A stretch of 64,000 nt of DNA, taken from an uncultured Lachnospiraceae bacterium. GTDB taxonomy: Bacteria; Bacillota; Clostridia; Lachnospirales; Lachnospiraceae. The stretch covers positions 64,001-128,000 of the forward strand of contig CASYCI010000001.1 in NCBI GenBank assembly GCA_949481375.1, given 5' to 3'. The position numbers were made by a program, and so were the translations under genes. Shown one piece after another: positions 55,673 through 63,869 of this stretch. Every line of letters begins with the position of its first letter. Position 1 is the first letter of the stretch. The notes beneath the pieces are model-generated. The model saw only the letters and a program-made list of their open reading frames with translations, ran no database searches and was not told the DNA's origin.

Positions 55673-56611
55673 TTATTCTAAAATCATACGCACACAACCG
55701 TAAATTCCTGCATCATTTCCCAAAGTTGCAAGGTCAAAATGAGCGTCCAGACACGCATTAAACGACTTGGCGTCATAGTATTTTTTGACACGCTCCGTAA
55801 TAATGCTGCCTGCTTTCGACACGCCTCCGCCAATTACAAAAGTCTCAGGATTTACGACACGGGCAACATTTGCAAGCGCACCGCCTAATATCTTAGTCAT
55901 ATCTTCCACAATTTCATCGGCTAAGGCGTCGCCCCCTTTTGCCGCGTCAAAAATATCTTTTGCCGTCAACGGCTTAATCTCACGAAGCTGGCTTTTCTTC
56001 TCCGATTCCTCTAACTTACGCTCTGCCATATGGACAATCCCAGTTGCGGATGCATACTGCTCCAAACAGCCTTTCTGTCCACATCCACAAGATTCCGTCT
56101 CATTCTCATTGACAATAATATGCCCGATTTCCCCGCCGGCTCCTTTATTTCCACTGACAACTTTTCCATCAACGATTACGCCGCCGCCCACTCCGGTCCC
56201 AAGCGTAATCATTACAACATTCGTATATCCTTTGCCGCCGCCCTGCCACATTTCGCCAAGCGCAGCCACATTTGCGTCATTGCCGACTTTTACGGTAAAG
56301 CCCGTCCGTTCTTCCATATCCTTTGCAACATTAATCACATCCCAGCCCAAGTTGACGCATTTTAATACAACGCCTTCCCCAGTCACAGGCCCCGGAACCC
56401 CAATTCCAATTCCCTGAATGTCTCCTTTTAAAATATCCTTTTCCACCATTTTCGCCGTTATAAACGCCGCAACGTCCGGAAGGATATTTTCTCCATTATT
56501 TTCTTTTCTTGTGGGAATTTCCCATTTTTCCACAAGCCCCCCTGTCGTCTCGAACAGTCCAATCTTACAGGTCGTCCCGCCAATGTCTACGCCAAAACCA
56601 TATTTTTTCAT
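55673..56611 (-). CDS. glcK: ROK-family glucokinase
   Basis: MKKYGFGVDIGGTTCK ATP-binding N-terminus. ROK Zn-site motif IGHIIVNENETESCGCGQKGCLE. Start at 56611 with GGAGAAGG upstream. Confidence 0.85.
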   Translation of the reverse strand: MKKYGFGVDIGGTTCKIGLFETTGGLVEKWEIPTRKENNGENILPDVAAFITAKMVEKDILKGDIQGIGIGVPGPVTGEGVVLKCVNLGWDVINVAKDMEERTGFTVKVGNDANVAALGEMWQGGGKGYTNVVMITLGTGVGGGVIVDGKVVSGNKGAGGEIGHIIVNENETESCGCGQKGCLEQYASATGIVHMAERKLEESEKKSQLREIKPLTAKDIFDAAKGGDALADEIVEDMTKILGGALANVARVVNPETFVIGGGVSKAGSIITERVKKYYDAKSFNACLDAHFDLATLGNDAGIYGCVRMILE

Positions 56612-56702
56612 ATATGCCTTCTCCTTTTCTTTTATTCTGACTTTAAGTATAAAATTGTGGGGGGTTAATGTCAATCCATAATTAAATAAATGTGTCCGTC
56701 AT

Positions 56703-56913
56703 GGGGTGGCGCTTGGCGGGTGACTTATTCATGGATTAAGAACTTCTAAACAGTCCCGCAGCTATCTTGAATACGGACGGAACCGCTCCATACACGCCGT
56801 CCATGGCGTGAATGGAGCTTCCGCGAACGTCCTGTTCGCGGATTCCTGAATCGAAATGTGACTGTTAAGAAGTTCTAAATCCAATCATAACGCCACCCGC
56901 CAAGCGCCACCCC
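56703..56913. repeat. structured intergenic element, copy B
   Basis: Perfect 20-bp terminal stem GGGGTGGCGCTTGGCGGGTG / CACCCGCCAAGCGCCACCCC. Arms GGATTAAGAACTTCTAA / TTAAGAAGTTCTAAATCC. Core GGACGGAACCGCT. Hairpins CACGCC-GTCCAT-GGCGTG and CCGCGAAC-GTCCT-GTTCGCGG. Confidence 0.6.
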
Positions 56914-57039
56914 CTGACTACGTTACTGGCTGCCCGATAGGGTTTTGGCTTTGTTTCTTTTTGTTTTGGTATATCTACATAAATATAGATGTGTAGGTTT
57001 TTAGGATTTTTGTTTAACTTTTCACCTCTTTAAAAATCG

Positions 57040-57611
57040 CCACGTTTTCATACGTTTCACTCCCTAACTACTACCAGACAAACTGAGCGCCGTAGATTCT
57101 ATCAGCGCCTTATCATACGTTCCAGCCTCCAACTACCAGACCAACTTAGAGCTGGGTTTTCTATTGGCGCCTTTGATGGAATTTAGGTCTTTAATGCGCA
57201 CATATTTTCTTTCTTCAACTTCCACTCTCTCATATGTTCCACACCCAACTACCAGACCAACAAAACGCAGGGTTTCCTATTGGCGCCTTTAATGAATTTT
57301 AGGACTTGAAAGCGTAACTTTCTTCTTTCTTCAACTTCCACTCTCTCATATGTTCCACCCCCCCAACTACCAGACCAACAAAACGCAGGGTTTCCTATCG
57401 GCGCCTTTGATGAATTTTAGGACTTGAAAGCGTAACTTTCTTCTTTCTTCAACTTCCACTCTCTCATATGTTCCACCCCCAACTACCAAACGAACAGAGC
57501 GCCGGGTTTCCTATTGGCGCCTTTAATGAACTTTAGGACTTGAAAGCGTAACTTTCTTCTTTCTTCAACTTCCAACTCTCTCATACGTTCCACCCCCAAC
57601 TACCAGACGAA
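57040..57611. repeat. tandem array of ~117-bp units (4 full + degenerate ends) derived from the terminal part of element copy C plus ~70 bp of flank
   Basis: Unit starts (AACTACCAGAC...) at 57131, 57247, 57365, 57481 and 57598 (period 116-118). Divergence increases with distance from element C. Each unit carries a decayed copy of the C terminal stem (GGCGCC...GCGCC) and arm remnant. Confidence 0.8.
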
Positions 57612-57831
57612 CAGAGCGCCGGGTATTCTGTTGGCGCCTTGTGATGGGATTTAGGAGTTCTTAAGTATCCCTTCAACAAACAGAAATCCGCAGACACGAT
57701 GTCTGCGGAAGCTCTAATGCGCCATGGACGGCGCTTTTAGAGCGGTTTCGTCCGTCACCGGCATAAAACATGGGATACTTTAGAACTCCTTAATCCCTGA
57801 ACACTTCGCCGACAGAATACCCGGCGCTCTG
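57612..57831. repeat. structured intergenic element, copy C (inverted orientation relative to A/B)
   Basis: 25-bp terminal stem CAGAGCGCCGGGTATTCTGTTGGCG / CGCCGACAGAATACCCGGCGCTCTG. Arms 57646-57671 and 57772-57797. Hairpins CCGCAGACA-CGA-TGTCTGCGG and GCGCC-ATGGAC-GGCGC. Confidence 0.6.
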
Positions 57832-57845
57832 TTTGGCGTTCGGAT

Positions 57846-59873
57846 TTATTGTTCTCCTAGGGCATCCTGCCGTATCTTCTGGTACAAATCCATTTCCACA
57901 TCTACATAAGGCAAAAACTCAAGCGCCGGCAGTCCGGCATGGCAGGTTTCCATGAAACTGCGCCATATCTCCCCCGGATAGGAAGATCCAGATAAACCGG
58001 GAAGTTTTTCCGGCATATCGTAGCCGACCCAGACACTTGTCGTATAATAACGCGTATACCCTGCAAACCAACCGTCTTTATTGTCATTCGTCGTCCCTGT
58101 TTTTCCTGCGGACGGCATTCCCGTTACGCCAAGCCCTCTGCCGGTTCCTTCCGTTATTGCCGTAACAAGCATATTCGTCGCCATGCGGGCGGCAGTTGTT
58201 TTATAGATGTTTGTTTCTTCTTGTGAAGTGGAGAGAATTTCGTTGCCGTCGGCATCTGTAATTTTTATGATGCAGGTTGGAGCGCGGTATTTTCCGTCGT
58301 TTTCAAGCGTTGCGTAAGCCGCTGTAAGTTCGACTGGGGACACTCCGTTTGTCAATCCTCCTAAAGCTGACGTAAGCCGCTCGTCTTCGTCTGCAATCCG
58401 CGAAAATTTCATTGCTTTTAAATAAGAGAGTCCTTTTTTTGGCGTTATCTCCTCTAATAGTTTCCATGCAATCGTGTTTTTCGAACGGGCCAGCGCAGAA
58501 CGCAGCGTCATCTCTCCACTATAACTTCCGTCTGCATTCGACGGGCCTTCTTCAATCGGTTCGTCCACTACAATCGAATCCGGCGTATATTCCTGTTCCA
58601 ACGCCGGCGTATACACTAGTATCGGCTTAATTGCGCTTCCTGGCTGCCTATAGCTTTGATATGCCCGGTTTAACGTATATCCCGCAAAGTCTTGGCTTCT
58701 GCCCCCGACGATTGCCCTGACATATCCTGTCTCATTCTCTATGCAGACGCCTGCTCCTTGTAGTTTAAATACGCCTTCTTCATTTACGTCTGTAAAACCG
58801 GAGAGTTTTTCATCTATTGTCTTTTGAAGAAGTTCCTGTAATTTTAAATCCATTGACGTATAGATGCGGTAGCCCGCTGTAAACAGTTTTTTCTGGCATT
58901 CCGCATACAAATCACTATAACGCGTATCATACAGGCTTTTTTCTTCGTCATTTTTAAATTCTGTCTGAAAAACAAAGCCTTCCCGTTCCATTAACAGACG
59001 TATTGCGCAATAATATGTATACGTCTCCACATAGTTATTTTTTGTATGCTCTGGCCGGTTTAATGTGATTTCCTCCGATTTTGCCATCAGGTACGCGCCT
59101 TTTGAAATTTTCCCGTCTTCATACATATTTAAAAGAATGCGGTCTCTGCGCCCTAACGTGTTTTGCATATTCGTCAGCGGGTCATGAAGCGTCGGATTAT
59201 TGGGAATGGCGCATAAAAACGCAATTTGTGACAAATCCAAGTCATTCACGTCTGCATTAAAGTATCCTCTGCTCGCCGCCTGAATCCCATAATAACCATT
59301 GCCAAAATATATATTATTCAGATAAAATTCTAGGATTTTATTTTTACTGTACTTTTTTTCCAGCTCTGTTGCAATAAACATTTCCTCGACTTTTCTCTGC
59401 CATGTCCGATCCTGTGTCAAAAAAATCGTCCTTGCAAGCTGCTGTGTTATCGTGCTCCCGCCCTGTGTCACTTCTCCGTTTTCAATCGCGGCTCTTGCCG
59501 CGCGGAAAATCGCCCGGTAATCAATTCCATTATGCTGATAAAATTTTTTATCTTCTATGCTTACGATAGCGGCGCATGCATCAGACGGAATATCCTCATA
59601 TGGCAGATAGTAAACGTCTTTTTCCCCTTTTAACGTTGAAATCGTATTTCCGTCTTTGTCATACACAACGCTGGTCTGAGCCACGCAAAACGTGGCTTCT
59701 GTCGACCCGCGCACAAACCGCACAGCTTCCGCTTTCATCTTCTGAACCTGTACGGCATATCCTCCATAATAATAGTAGCCTAGGGCGGCGGCTACCAAAA
59801 GCATCAGAACAAACTGAAGTTTTGCAAAAAACCAAAACACACGGTATTTTTTCTTTTTCTTTTTACGGCTCAT
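57846..59873 (-). CDS. class A penicillin-binding protein (PBP1A-type transglycosylase/transpeptidase)
   Basis: 675 aa. N-terminal TM. GT51 motifs (EDKKFYQHNGID, GGSTITQQL). Transpeptidase motifs SAIK (PGSAIKP) and KTGTT. Confidence 0.88.
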   Translation of the reverse strand: MSRKKKKKKYRVFWFFAKLQFVLMLLVAAALGYYYYGGYAVQVQKMKAEAVRFVRGSTEATFCVAQTSVVYDKDGNTISTLKGEKDVYYLPYEDIPSDACAAIVSIEDKKFYQHNGIDYRAIFRAARAAIENGEVTQGGSTITQQLARTIFLTQDRTWQRKVEEMFIATELEKKYSKNKILEFYLNNIYFGNGYYGIQAASRGYFNADVNDLDLSQIAFLCAIPNNPTLHDPLTNMQNTLGRRDRILLNMYEDGKISKGAYLMAKSEEITLNRPEHTKNNYVETYTYYCAIRLLMEREGFVFQTEFKNDEEKSLYDTRYSDLYAECQKKLFTAGYRIYTSMDLKLQELLQKTIDEKLSGFTDVNEEGVFKLQGAGVCIENETGYVRAIVGGRSQDFAGYTLNRAYQSYRQPGSAIKPILVYTPALEQEYTPDSIVVDEPIEEGPSNADGSYSGEMTLRSALARSKNTIAWKLLEEITPKKGLSYLKAMKFSRIADEDERLTSALGGLTNGVSPVELTAAYATLENDGKYRAPTCIIKITDADGNEILSTSQEETNIYKTTAARMATNMLVTAITEGTGRGLGVTGMPSAGKTGTTNDNKDGWFAGYTRYYTTSVWVGYDMPEKLPGLSGSSYPGEIWRSFMETCHAGLPALEFLPYVDVEMDLYQKIRQDALGEQ

Positions 59874-59952
59874 ATGGCTTCCTTTTTATCACATTGTATT
59901 TTTGATTATTCTACCCTTTTTGCCAAAATAAAGCAACCTTACTTTCAAGGTT

Positions 59953-60501
59953 CTACTGCTCCATCTGTCTCCCCAAAAAGCCCGCTGCCGTAATCGCCAG
60001 CTTATGTTCCGTATCTCCCATCTGCCGTTTTTCGTTCTTATCAGAAATGACAACTGCGCCAATCGCGTCTCCCTGACAGATTATTGTCGCCACTGCCTGA
60101 GAACACTGCTCCCCCGTGTCGTCTAACGTAATTTTTACAAACGAATCATCATCTTTATTTGCAACAAAGTCCGCCCGGTTTTCAATAATGCCCTCCATCT
60201 GCTTGCTTAACGGTTTACCGTCAAATTCTTTTTTTCCATTGCCCGCTACAGCGACGACATGGTCCCTGTCCGTAATGCAGACCAGATTTCCGGTTGTCTG
60301 GGAAAGGCTCTCCGCATACTGCCCTGCAAACTGTCCTAGCTCCCCAATCGGTGAATATTTTTTTAAGATAATTTCCCCCTGCCTGTCCGTAAAAATTTCA
60401 AGTGGATCCCCTTCTCGAATCCTCAATGTCCTGCGGATTTCTTTTGGAACAACCACCCTTCCCAAATCGTCTATTCTACGCACAATTCCTGTTGCTTTCA
60501 T
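59953..60501 (-). CDS. spoVT: stage V sporulation protein T (AbrB-type N-domain + GAF)
   Basis: MKATGIVRRIDDLGRVVVPKEIRRTLRIREGDPLEIF is the canonical SpoVT/AbrB swapped-hairpin N-terminus; followed by a GAF-like domain. Confidence 0.9.
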   Translation of the reverse strand: MKATGIVRRIDDLGRVVVPKEIRRTLRIREGDPLEIFTDRQGEIILKKYSPIGELGQFAGQYAESLSQTTGNLVCITDRDHVVAVAGNGKKEFDGKPLSKQMEGIIENRADFVANKDDDSFVKITLDDTGEQCSQAVATIICQGDAIGAVVISDKNEKRQMGDTEHKLAITAAGFLGRQMEQ

Positions 60502-60618
60502 ATGAAAAATTCCTCCATTTACATTTTCTACTGTGTGGTAGTAGTATCTGTAAGTGAAGGAATTTTATACCTCGATTTTTTATGCCTGTTTGAATTTTAT
60601 TAGAAATCTCTCAAAGGC

Positions 60619-60981
60619 TCACTCCCAATTTATCTCATAAGCCTTTGTAAACACATTGCAGTCTGGATCGTTTTTCATCGCTTCTAACATCTGAATGTCT
60701 TCTGAATCCGCTTCTTCCTCTTTCAGATCCTCCCACGAAACCGATATTTGCCGTTCCACGAACTGATAACATTCTTTCATTTTAGACGGTGAAATGTCGT
60801 CAATCACATCAAAGATTGCCTGTCTGATTTCATTCAGATTCCGCTCGTTTTCAAGTTATTCCTTTAATTTTTTCATGCAGCAACAGCGAAATTCCTGAAT
60901 GCCTTTTATTAGCTGTTTCCTGTTCGCTTCATTTTGTTTTTTCAGGAGACATTCTGTCTGCTTGGAATAACTTATTTCCAT
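60619..60981 (-). pseudogene. small hypothetical ORF interrupted by an in-frame TAA (two ORFs of 41 and 62 aa, or a nonsense-disrupted ~120-aa gene)
   Basis: ATG at 60981 (MEISYSKQTECLLKKQNEANRKQLIKGIQEFRCCCMKKLKE), TAA at 60856-60858, then the same frame continues LENERNLNEIRQAIFDV-MIDDISPSK... to 60619. Confidence 0.3.
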
Positions 60982-61018
60982 GACTCATCTTCCTTTCGAG
61001 CTGTTTTTTAACTCTGCC

Positions 61019-61744
61019 TTAATCGCGCTTCTCATCACTGTCAAACGTCTCGCAATACCTCGCATAAAATGACGGTTCTTCCCCTTTCACAAAGAGATGC
61101 GAAATATCCCCAAACCTGCTAATCCGGAAAGAAGCCACGCCCTCCCTGCGTTCTTCCGTAAACACTGTCGTCACAGAAGAAGGCGCGGCGCAGAATCCAT
61201 GCCATAATACCATAGGAGAAGCTCCAATTAAATGCCCTAACAATACACATTCCAATGCGAAATGACAGAAAAACGCGATCGTGTCACGGTTTGCCCGTTC
61301 AACGCGATAGATATTGCCTTCCCGCGCATATCCATGTTTTGCAAGCAGCCCGTCAAACTCCTGCGTCACATTCTGGTAAATCTGGGCGACATTTCCTTCT
61401 TCCATCAATTCCGTTTTTGCCCAAAGGCTCTTGTCATAATACTCATTTACCCCCGTCCAGTCCTGAGGCAGAAAATCCCAGCAATTTATCGGAAATCCTT
61501 TGTCGGGACGAACTACCTTGGCCGGAAATTCTTCCAGCCACTGGCATTCCACGCCCGTCATCTGCTTTTTCAAAAGGGTCGGGGCAGCCGTATCTTTTGC
61601 CCTTCCAAGCGGCGAAACATAACATGCGTCGATTTTTACATCAGCAAGATACTCTGCCAAATATTCCGCTTCCCGAAATCCCTTTTCTGTCAGAGAATCC
61701 TTTTCATAATCCGGCTCTCCATGCCGTATAAACAGCAGTCTCAT
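61019..61744 (-). CDS. histidine phosphatase family protein (phosphoglycerate-mutase-like)
   Basis: RHGEPDY N-terminal catalytic motif (LLFIRHGE) with the family's conserved His later in the sequence. Confidence 0.8.
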   Translation of the reverse strand: MRLLFIRHGEPDYEKDSLTEKGFREAEYLAEYLADVKIDACYVSPLGRAKDTAAPTLLKKQMTGVECQWLEEFPAKVVRPDKGFPINCWDFLPQDWTGVNEYYDKSLWAKTELMEEGNVAQIYQNVTQEFDGLLAKHGYAREGNIYRVERANRDTIAFFCHFALECVLLGHLIGASPMVLWHGFCAAPSSVTTVFTEERREGVASFRISRFGDISHLFVKGEEPSFYARYCETFDSDEKRD

Positions 61745-61776
61745 CTGCTCCCTCCCGTTCTTTTCCGTCGTCTCTC

Positions 61777-62850
61777 CTATTTACAAAGCTCACACATCCG
61801 CTGCCATTTCTTTTCCATATCGGCGACCAGCGCAAACTGCGTCCGGCAACGGTCAAGATTATGATCTTCACGCGAGGTCTTAAAATAAACGTCACCTTCC
61901 AGATAATCCGCAAGGAACCGCATACCGCACTCTAACGTCATCATCTTCGCCCCCATCGGAAGCGCTTTAATTTCATTTTCCGTCAATCTGCCGCCGCATC
62001 CCTCCAGAAATCCTTTTACATAAATCTCAAACAATTTCAAAGACAGGGAAACTTTTGAAGTGTCCGGCTCATCTTCTGCCGCCGTATTGGCGCCAAACCG
62101 AATCGCATCGCCAAAATCATGCGCCGAAAGCCCCGGCATAACCGTATCCAGATCAATAACGCAAATCGCCTTATGGCTGTCCGCATCTATCATAATATTA
62201 TTTAACTTCGTATCGTTATGCGTCACGCGGAGCGGAAGCTCCCCTTTTGCAAGCATGTCATGAAGCATGGAAACCTCGCCGCTATGCTCGCGCACAAACG
62301 CGATTTCCTTTTCTACCTTTGCGGCGCGCCCTTTCACGTCCGCTTCTACCGCTTTCTCAAAATCGCGGTACCGCTTTGCCGTATCATGGAACTGCGGAAT
62401 CGTCTCATGCAGCGTGTCCGCTGGAAAGTTTGCAAGCATAGCCTGAAACTTGCCAAACGCAACGGCGCTCTGATAAAAATCCTCGTCGCTCTCAACTGCA
62501 TCAAAAGTCTGCGCGCCTTCAATAAATTCATACACACGCCACTTGCCGCCGTCTTCATCGGTAAAATAAGATTTCCCGTCCTTTGTTAAAACCACTGTGA
62601 GCGTCTCCCTTTTGGGATCGCCGCCCGTCCGTTCAATCTCTTTACGCAGGTAAGAAGTCACATTTAATATATTTTCCATTAGTTGATCCGTATCTTTAAA
62701 TATCGTCGTATTAATCCCCTGTAAAATATATTTTTTGCCTTCCGACATCTGCGCCAAATATGTATGGTTAATATGGCCGCTCCCATACGGCTCCACTGAT
62801 GCCACTTCCTGTTCCACTTGAAACTGCATTACGAGTTGTTTCTTATCCAT
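61777..62850 (-). CDS. nahK: N-acetylhexosamine 1-kinase (APH-fold phosphotransferase)
   Basis: 357 aa. Strong similarity to bifidobacterial NahK/LnpB in the catalytic loop (LRVTHNDTKLNNIM, VIDLDTVMPG) and C-terminus (TLECGMRFLADYLEGDVYF). Confidence 0.8.
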   Translation of the reverse strand: MDKKQLVMQFQVEQEVASVEPYGSGHINHTYLAQMSEGKKYILQGINTTIFKDTDQLMENILNVTSYLRKEIERTGGDPKRETLTVVLTKDGKSYFTDEDGGKWRVYEFIEGAQTFDAVESDEDFYQSAVAFGKFQAMLANFPADTLHETIPQFHDTAKRYRDFEKAVEADVKGRAAKVEKEIAFVREHSGEVSMLHDMLAKGELPLRVTHNDTKLNNIMIDADSHKAICVIDLDTVMPGLSAHDFGDAIRFGANTAAEDEPDTSKVSLSLKLFEIYVKGFLEGCGGRLTENEIKALPMGAKMMTLECGMRFLADYLEGDVYFKTSREDHNLDRCRTQFALVADMEKKWQRMCELCK

Positions 62851-62862
62851 TGCATTCTCCCC

Positions 62863-63786
62863 CTATTCTTCCCATAAATATTTCGGATAAACGCCATTCG
62901 CCTTAAAATCCGCTATCGCCTGCATAACTGTCTCTTTATCCTCTTTATAAGTCACGCCATACCAGCGGTCTTCCGATTTCAAAACCGTAACTTCCGCCTT
63001 ATCTTCCTCCATAAGCTTCTGAACGGCTGACGGCAGGAAATATTCACATTTCAGCGGGTTTTTCGCAAGGTTCTCCTCTAAGAACGCCGGAAACCCTTTC
63101 TTAAGTTCGTCCATCAAATTCGCTTCAAAGCCCCACATATTCATAGAAACAATGCTTCCTTCCGGAATCGTCACCCAAGAAGCGCCATCGTCCTCCGTAT
63201 ATGCCGTTTGCGCGCCTCTTTTTTCTATACGGGTGCGTTCATGGATTTCCACAAGATGCCCATCGTCATCAATTTTACAAACCCCTCTTGCCACATGCCC
63301 GTTTTCCGTCAGCGTATTTTCCATGATGTAGCCTACCATTACATAATGATATTTATCCCCGTCTTTTTCCCCGCTTAAATATTTATAAATCACTTCAAAC
63401 GCATGACGCCCATAAAAATCATCTGCATTAATCACGGCAAACGGCCCGTCAACCTTATCTTTACAACATAAAACCGCATGTCCTGTGCCAAACGGCTTCT
63501 GCCTTCCCTCCGGCAGTTCAAACCCTTCCGGAAGCGCTGTAAGCTCCTGATACGCATACTCCACCTGAATACGCTTTGCAATGCGATCGCCGACGCACTC
63601 TTTGAAAACAGCCTCATTTTCCTTTTTAATAATGAAAATCACTTTTTCAAACCCCGCCAACATCGCATCATAAACCGAAAAATCCAAGATAACATGTCCC
63701 GCATCGTCCATCGGGTCCATCTGCTTTAATCCTCCATAACGGCTGCCCATGCCAGCCGCCATCACAACCAATACCGGTTTGTTCAT
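62863..63786 (-). CDS. sugar-1-phosphate nucleotidyltransferase family protein
   Basis: N-terminal G-rich NTP-binding loop LVVMAAGMGSRYGGLKQ; 307 aa. Immediately upstream of nahK with a 12-bp gap. Confidence 0.7.
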   Translation of the reverse strand: MNKPVLVVMAAGMGSRYGGLKQMDPMDDAGHVILDFSVYDAMLAGFEKVIFIIKKENEAVFKECVGDRIAKRIQVEYAYQELTALPEGFELPEGRQKPFGTGHAVLCCKDKVDGPFAVINADDFYGRHAFEVIYKYLSGEKDGDKYHYVMVGYIMENTLTENGHVARGVCKIDDDGHLVEIHERTRIEKRGAQTAYTEDDGASWVTIPEGSIVSMNMWGFEANLMDELKKGFPAFLEENLAKNPLKCEYFLPSAVQKLMEEDKAEVTVLKSEDRWYGVTYKEDKETVMQAIADFKANGVYPKYLWEE

Positions 63787-63869
63787 TTAAAGTCCTCCAA
63801 TCTGTAAATAATGATACTCACATTATAACAGATTTATCCAAAGATTACAGTAAATATTTCAACTTTTCC

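Noticed and set aside
56703-57831. Hammerhead or other small self-cleaving ribozyme in the structured elements; tRNA-like or IS terminal inverted repeats
   Set aside because: There is no CUGAUGA...GAAA core or other ribozyme signature. There is no cloverleaf. The terminal stems differ between copies, unlike IS or MITE terminal inverted repeats, and there is no transposase gene.
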